Below, one piece after another: positions 58,608 through 64,000 of a stretch of DNA of 64,000 nt. The DNA is taken from contig JBHGBE010000001.1 of NCBI GenBank assembly GCA_041946855.1, positions 69,346 to 133,345 on the forward strand, read 5' to 3'. The notes below the pieces were generated by a model. That model was not told the DNA's origin. It searched no databases and worked only from the letters and a program-made list of their open reading frames with translations. This stretch comes from Phycisphaerae bacterium (lineage in GTDB: Bacteria > Planctomycetota > Phycisphaerae > SM23-33). A program made the translations under genes and the position numbers. The first letter of the stretch is position 1. The number at the start of each line of letters is the position of its first letter.

Positions 58608-61028
58608 ATGGCCATCAAGACCCTAAAGGCGTTTCAGTCGGCCGCTATCGATAGCGCGATGGCGGTCTTCGGCTACGCCAAGGAGATGCTTGACGCGGCC
58701 GGCGGCGACGCGGCCGGGCGGGCGGCGGCCATCCACGACAACGGCTACCTCCTGATAGAGGCCCCGACCGGCTCGGGCAAGACTCTCATGGCCGGCCACA
58801 TCGTCGAGCGGATGTCGGCGCTTGACCAGGTGGTGTGGTTCTGGTTCGCCCCGTTCAAGGGCGTGGTGGACCAGACGGCCGCGGCGCTGCGCGAGCAGTT
58901 CGCGGGGCTGCGGCTGCGGACGCTGGCTGAGGATCGCGCACCGGAGGGAACGCGCGCCGGCGACGTGTTCGTGACTACCTGGCAGCTCGTGGCCACGCGG
59001 GTCAAGGACCGCCGCAGCGTCCGCAAGACCGGCGAGACCAACCCCAGCGTGGACGAGATGGCGGCGGCCCTGCGGGCGCAGGGCCTGCGTATCGGCGTTG
59101 TCGTCGATGAGGCGCACCATGGCTTCCACGGCGAGACCCAGGCCGCGGATTTCTTCCGGGGCGTACTGGCCCCGGAGTACACGATCCTTGTGACGGCCAC
59201 GCCCGACGACGCGGACCTTGCCGACCTCGAGCGAAGGATGCAGGCGGGGCGAGTCCAGCGGATAAGCGTGAGCCGGGCCGACGCGGTCTCGGCCGGGCTC
59301 ATCAAGGACGGCATCAAGTGCGTCTCCTGGCAGGCCGAGCCGGGTAGCGCGGCCCTTATCGACTTCGAGGCCACCGCCCTTCGCGAAGGCGCGGCACTTC
59401 ACCAACTGCTCAAGGCCGAATTGGCGCGGGCGGGCGTGTCGCTTGTTCCGCTGATGCTGGTGCAGGTGGATTCCACAGACAGAAGCGTCGAGCGGGCCAG
59501 GGAGCGATTGCTCGCCCTGGGATTTCGCGAAGCGCAGATTGCGGTCCACACGGCCGACGAGCCGGACGCGGGCCTGCTGGCCCTGGCCAACGACGAGACG
59601 CGCGAGGTGCTGGTGTTCAAGATGGCGGTGGCGCTGGGGTTCGACGCGCCGCGGGCTTGGACGCTTGTCTCGATGCGGGCCGCCCGCGACGCCGACTTCG
59701 GCGTCCAGCTCGTGGGGCGGATACTGCGGGTCCACCGGCGATTGCAGGGCCGGGCCGTCCCGGAGGCGCTGAAGTTCGGCTATGTGCTGCTGGCGGATGC
59801 GGAGGCGCAGACCGGGATCGACGCGGCCGGGCAGCGGATCAACGCCCTGCACACCGAGTACGCCAGACTCACACGGACGACGGTAGTGGTGCGGGTCGGC
59901 AACTTGGATACCGTGCAAGTGCTCGGCGCCGACGGGCAGGCGAGTTTCTGGCCGGTGCCGCCGGAAGGGGCGATATGGACGCCACCGCCCGCCGAGGCCG
60001 TGCCGTCGCCCGCCGCCGGCCTGTTCCCGCCGGCCGTGGCGACGGCACCGGGAGTTGCCCCGCCGTGGATCATTGCCGTGCCCGGCGGGCGGGCCCCCAG
60101 GTTCTCCTATCCGCTCCGGAGCGATGTGCCCCGCCGCTTCAAGACCCAGGATCTGCCCGAGGAATTCGACGTCACCGAGGAAGACTGCGCCGCGCGGTTC
60201 GTGCTATCGGCCGAGACGCTCCTTGACGTGCTGCTCAAGCACGACAAGGTGAAGGTCAGTAAGCGGACGATTGAGATATTCACGCAGGCGATTCAGATGG
60301 AGCTGGCATTCGCGCTGCCCTCGCCTGAGCAGATGCGGCACCTTGCCCAGCGGGCGCTGCTCAGGGGCGGCGTATTCGACCCCAAGGCCTTGCGCGCCGC
60401 CTTGCTCACGCGTCTGCACACGGTGCTGATCGAGAAGGGCGTGGAGGATTCCGACGACCCCAACACGTTAAACGAGTACCTGGACGTCCTGCTGGCGACG
60501 CATGGGGAACTGCTGTCCGAGGCCCAGCGGGCCGCCTTGGTCAGGGCGGCGGTTATCCAGGAGGCCGAGCCCCTCCCGGCGGAATTGGCGGCCGAAGCGC
60601 CATTGCCGCCATCGGCGCGAAATGTGTACCGCGCCGTCCCGCCGGACCTGAATAGCTGGGAGCGGGAGTTCGGCGAGTTGCTGGACCGCGACACGACCGG
60701 CACGGTCCTTTGGTGGCACCGTAATCCCGTGAGCAAGCCGTGGTCAGTGCGGGTGCTGCTGGTGGATGGAAGGGGATTCTTCCCCGACTTCCTGGTTGGC
60801 ATACGCGAGCGCAAAACGGAAGACGGTGGCCTTCTGGCCGACACGAAATTCGCGTATGACACGAACCAGGAGATGCCCAAGATTCTCGCCGAACACGCCA
60901 GCTACGGGCGCGTGCTGATCCTGTCGAAGAACCAGAGCCACCAGTGGGCGATTGCCAGAATCGAGGACGGCAGCGGAAGACCGCTCCTGGGAAGGACGTT
61001 CAGCCTTTCGGATGCGGCCGCCTACTGA
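58608..61028 (+). CDS. res: Type III R-M restriction subunit (SF2 helicase with PD-(D/E)XK nuclease)
   Basis: APTGSGKT, DEAHH, TATP, QLVGRILR, FFPDFLV..ADTK. Confidence 0.82.
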   Translation: MAIKTLKAFQSAAIDSAMAVFGYAKEMLDAAGGDAAGRAAAIHDNGYLLIEAPTGSGKTLMAGHIVERMSALDQVVWFWFAPFKGVVDQTAAALREQFAGLRLRTLAEDRAPEGTRAGDVFVTTWQLVATRVKDRRSVRKTGETNPSVDEMAAALRAQGLRIGVVVDEAHHGFHGETQAADFFRGVLAPEYTILVTATPDDADLADLERRMQAGRVQRISVSRADAVSAGLIKDGIKCVSWQAEPGSAALIDFEATALREGAALHQLLKAELARAGVSLVPLMLVQVDSTDRSVERARERLLALGFREAQIAVHTADEPDAGLLALANDETREVLVFKMAVALGFDAPRAWTLVSMRAARDADFGVQLVGRILRVHRRLQGRAVPEALKFGYVLLADAEAQTGIDAAGQRINALHTEYARLTRTTVVVRVGNLDTVQVLGADGQASFWPVPPEGAIWTPPPAEAVPSPAAGLFPPAVATAPGVAPPWIIAVPGGRAPRFSYPLRSDVPRRFKTQDLPEEFDVTEEDCAARFVLSAETLLDVLLKHDKVKVSKRTIEIFTQAIQMELAFALPSPEQMRHLAQRALLRGGVFDPKALRAALLTRLHTVLIEKGVEDSDDPNTLNEYLDVLLATHGELLSEAQRAALVRAAVIQEAEPLPAELAAEAPLPPSARNVYRAVPPDLNSWEREFGELLDRDTTGTVLWWHRNPVSKPWSVRVLLVDGRGFFPDFLVGIRERKTEDGGLLADTKFAYDTNQEMPKILAEHASYGRVLILSKNQSHQWAIARIEDGSGRPLLGRTFSLSDAAAY

Positions 61029-61560
61029 GTGCTGCCCAGAGCGAAGTGCATGCACCACGCGGGTGAGCCTCTTAACCGCCCTGACGATGCGCCCCCCACG
61101 GATCGACGCCTCGGCCCGCTGCACTGACGCCGGCCGGACAAGCTCCATCGCCACGCGATACTGATCATCACGCTTGGAGAGGATTCTCAACTCTCCAATC
61201 CCTAATCCGAGTCCGGCCTCCACGGTCCGCTGTCCCGGCCGTGCGGCTCGTAACGTGCTCGTAAATTGCACAAACTGGATAATCCAGGCAAAGGTAAAAG
61301 GCGTTGACAAGAGAGTATGCGAAGGCTACGCAGCATGGGCAATGTGTTAGTCTGGGGGATTTAGCCCTTTCGCGCTTGTGATGTAGCATCAGTATTGACA
61401 ATATGTTAGGTACGATTCCCGGATCGCCCGAGACCGCCCCGCGCCAATAGACGTCGTTTTGCAGAACAAACCCATTTTTCACAAATCCGCTCGCCCGCCT
61501 GCCGCCGAACCAGCTCCCGGCAGCGGCCCCGACGGGCATGAATGTCCCGCGCCGCCCGCT

Positions 61561-61602
61561 CCCTACTCCCCACACCCTACTCCCCACACCCTACTCCCCA
61601 CA
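61561..61602 (+). repeat. Tandem 14-mer (CCCTACTCCCCACA)x3
   Basis: Three exact copies. Confidence 0.9.
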
Positions 61603-61743
61603 TCCAACTCCTCACACCAGGCGCCCCTACAGAAATGCCATGGGTCTCTCAGTTTCTCCGTGTTGTAACCTAGTTCTATCATCAGCATCCGCAATATCTT
61701 AAAGCGGCAAGCCCGAGAATCACGAGAAAGCCCCGGAATTTTA

Positions 61744-61779
61744 TTGACGGTTTCCGTTCGTACCTGATATAATACGAAC
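61744..61779 (+). promoter_or_regulatory. Strong sigma70 promoter with overlapping palindrome
   Basis: TTGACG-18 bp-TATAAT with extended TG; GTTCGTA-N10-TACGAAC at 61756-61779. Confidence 0.65.
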
Positions 61780-62182
61780 AATGTTGGGCCTCCGCACTGT
61801 GCCGGCCCACGGCAGGAGCGTGCTGGGAATGCGGATACGCAGGATGATCACGACTCAACCACGCAGGGTCTTGTCTGCGCCGCGGCCGGTTTGGGGCCCA
61901 CTTGACGCCGCGGAGCGAGGGTCAAGATTACCAAACGAAGCCAAAGTTGCCGGAAATCAACATCAACCTGCCAACGGCCAGGCCCGTGGAAAGGAAAATT
62001 CCGGAACGAACCCGAACTTATATGCGGCTGGGTAATCTGGGTAAACCCGAACCCCACGATCGCGGCCTTCGGGGTAGCGGCCAATCCCATGTGAAACACC
62101 GGCCGCTGAACGCTGAACCAAAGAGGTCGTTTTGCAGCACGAATCCAATTTTCGCAACTCGCCGGGCCTCGGCGCCGCCGGT

Positions 62183-62974
62183 TCAGCCGGCCTGGAGCTC
62201 CTTCTGCCGGCTGTCGAGCTGGCGGTGGAGGCGCTCCAGGATGGCCGAGTGCATCTGGCTGACGCGGCTCTCGGACAGGGCCAGCGTCTCGCCGATCTCC
62301 TTCATGGTCATCTCCTCGAAGTAGTACAGGAGTATGATCAGCCGCTCGGCGCGGCTCAGGCCGCGAGTGACAAGCTCCTTCACGTCGCGCCTCTGGGCGG
62401 CGCGGAACGGGTCGTCCGAGCGCTTGTCCTCCAGCACGTCGATCTCGCGGACGTCCTTGTGCGAGTCGGTCTCGTACCACTTGCGGTTGAGCGAGACGAC
62501 GCCGGTGGCGTGGGCGTCGCGCTTGAGCTTGTGGAACTCCTTCATCGGCAGGCCCATCTCCGCGGCAAGCTCCTTCTCGTTGGGCTTGCGGCCGAGGTGC
62601 GCCTCCAGCATCCGCATCGCCTCGCTGAGCTTGTGGGCCCGGCTGCGGACCAGGCGCGGGACCCAGTCCATCGATCGCAACTCGTCGAGGATGGCCCCGC
62701 GTATCCGCGGCGCGCAGTAGGTCTCGAACTTGACGCCGCGCTGGTGGTCGAAGGCGTTTACCGCGTCCATGAGGCCGAAGATGCCGGCGGACATCAGGTC
62801 GTCGACCTCGACCTCATCAGGCAGCTTGGTGTGAAGCCGCTCGGCCGTGTACTTGACGATGGGAAGATAGTGCTCGAGCAACTGGTTCCTGGCCGCCTCG
62901 CTCCTGGTGCGGCGAAACTCCTTCCACCACTGGGCGACCTGGTCGGATGGGGCCTTGGTCTGCGTTGCCTTCAT
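62183..62974 (-). CDS. fliA: RNA polymerase sigma-28 (FliA/WhiG)
   Basis: GIFGLMDAVNAFD..RGVKFETY..RIRGAILDELRSMDWVPR, TMKEIG..L.LSESRVSQMH. Confidence 0.95.
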   Translation of the reverse strand: MKATQTKAPSDQVAQWWKEFRRTRSEAARNQLLEHYLPIVKYTAERLHTKLPDEVEVDDLMSAGIFGLMDAVNAFDHQRGVKFETYCAPRIRGAILDELRSMDWVPRLVRSRAHKLSEAMRMLEAHLGRKPNEKELAAEMGLPMKEFHKLKRDAHATGVVSLNRKWYETDSHKDVREIDVLEDKRSDDPFRAAQRRDVKELVTRGLSRAERLIILLYYFEEMTMKEIGETLALSESRVSQMHSAILERLHRQLDSRQKELQAG

Positions 62975-63095
62975 GCTTGTTCTCCTTGTTCAGGCTGCGG
63001 CCTGGCGATGTGCAGTGGATACCTCTTGACCCGGAGGGTGTCGAGCGAGCTGTGTTCATCCAGTAGATTATCCATTTTTACTATGATGTCCAGCT

Positions 63096-63124
63096 TTTCT
63101 ATCTTTCGCATCTTATCTTGTCAA
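63096..63124 (-). promoter_or_regulatory. Possible sigma70 promoter of fliA
   Basis: Minus strand TTGACA-17 bp-TAGAAA in an AT-rich interval. Confidence 0.45.
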
Positions 63125-63209
63125 GCTATTTTTCGCACATTCTCCATTTTTTCTTGTCGGTCAACCGGACATGGCCAGGCAGGCAAGTCCGATCCAGCAT
63201 TTAACTTCT

Positions 63210-64000
63210 TTATCCAAGCCAACTTGCAACCTTTCTGAAGAAGCCATTCTTATGGTCGACCAGCGCGGCCCCGGCCGACAACCGCGTTGCCAGCGCCGCC
63301 AGACACTTGCTGGCGGGACACTTGGGATATGCCAGGACGAACGGCTGCCGCTGCCGGATGGCCTCCCTAACTTTTGAGTCTGTAAGGACATACCCCGCAT
63401 CCAGCACCTTGACGCTCAGGAACTGCCTTGCGACGTTGCTTATCCGCTGGTATGTGAGCCGGGCTTCCTGGCGGTCTGTGGCGAAGTTCACCAGAAGGCT
63501 GATCTGTCCCGTAAACCCCCGCTGCGTAAGCACTTTGACGAAGGCGTATCCATCCGTCACGGCCGTCGGCTCGGGGGTGGTGACCACGATTACGCTGTCG
63601 GAGGCCGCCGCCAGGTGCAGGACGTCGGGGCCGATGCCCGCGCCGGTGTCTATGACGATGATGTCGTTGCTCGCCTCCAGAGCGGCCAGTTCCTGGAGCA
63701 GTTGGGCCCGCTGGAACTCGCTGAGGTGGGCCATCCTGGCCAGGCCGCTTGCGCCCGGCACGAACTGCACCCCGCAGGGCAGGTCAATGATGATCTCGTC
63801 CAGACGCTTGGCCCCGGCGATGACGTGGGCCAGGTTCCTGCGGGCGTTGACGTCGATCAGGACATCCAGGTTCGCCAAGCCCAGGTCGGCGTCCACAAGC
63901 GCCACGCGGTTTCCCGCGGCCGACAGGAGGATGGATAAGTTGAGCGCCACGTTGGACTTACCGACGCCGCCCTTGCCTGACGAGATCGCAATCGTCCGCG
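63210..64000 (-). CDS. flhG: FlhG/MinD-family ATPase (5' end outside window)
   Basis: IAISSGKGGVGKSN, DADLGLAN, DTGAGIG, TTPEPTAVTDGY; upstream of fliA. Confidence 0.85.
   Translation of the reverse strand, partial: RTIAISSGKGGVGKSNVALNLSILLSAAGNRVALVDADLGLANLDVLIDVNARRNLAHVIAGAKRLDEIIIDLPCGVQFVPGASGLARMAHLSEFQRAQLLQELAALEASNDIIVIDTGAGIGPDVLHLAAASDSVIVVTTPEPTAVTDGYAFVKVLTQRGFTGQISLLVNFATDRQEARLTYQRISNVARQFLSVKVLDAGYVLTDSKVREAIRQRQPFVLAYPKCPASKCLAALATRLSAGAALVDHKNGFFRKVASWLG

Larger units (their letters stand above)
61453..62157 (+). repeat. 32-bp imperfect direct repeat pair
   Basis: GTCGTTTTGCAGAACAAACCCATTTTTCACAA (61453-61484) and GTCGTTTTGCAGCACGAATCCAATTTTCGCAA (62126-62157), 27/32 identical. 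Confidence 0.8.

Noticed and set aside
61168-61430. DYPVCAIYEHVTSRT resembles a RAYT transposase N-terminus
   Set aside because: No HUH motif or catalytic Tyr region follows in any frame I read; similarity too short
61756-61779. loxP-like or SOS-box-like palindrome
   Set aside because: Spacing differs from loxP and from GAAC-N4-GTTC; no recombinase in the window; kept only as a generic operator
61453-62157. Possible CRISPR mini-array
   Set aside because: Only two long copies ~670 bp apart, no regular spacers and no cas genes
60744-62324. Predicted ORFs 60744-61310, 61168-61587, 61563-61781, 61781-62035 and 61902-62324
   Set aside because: Mutually overlapping, no recognisable domains, partly made of translated DNA repeats

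Overview
GC-rich bacterial chromosome segment, most likely a planctomycete (inferred from a DUF1559-type prepilin gene, a PEP-CTERM/dockerin-like tail and HEAT/TPR proteins). Core genes: ligA, ndk, tRNA-Glu(CTC), addB-addA, scpA, ridA-family, psd-pssA, fliA and a partial flhG-like ATPase. Accessory genes: secreted hydrolases, two SpoIIE phosphatase loci, an uncharacterised ABC operon, hicBA, a DUF4258-DUF2283 pair and a Type III mod-res pair. No CRISPR array, integrase, reverse transcriptase or intact transposase was seen. The most unusual signal is non-coding in origin. Several families of 7/8/9-mer microrepeats and long inverted repeats sit just after stop codons and are also embedded in-frame in genes (a 90-bp, 28-bp-arm palindrome in a TMTC-like gene, three repeat tracts in addA, one in a hydrolase). 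Three accessory genes appear broken (frameshift plus deletion, in-frame deletion, TAG nonsense). A 1.15-kb unannotated interval after res holds a strong promoter with a palindrome and 32-bp direct repeats. All family calls come from motif recognition; no database search was run.
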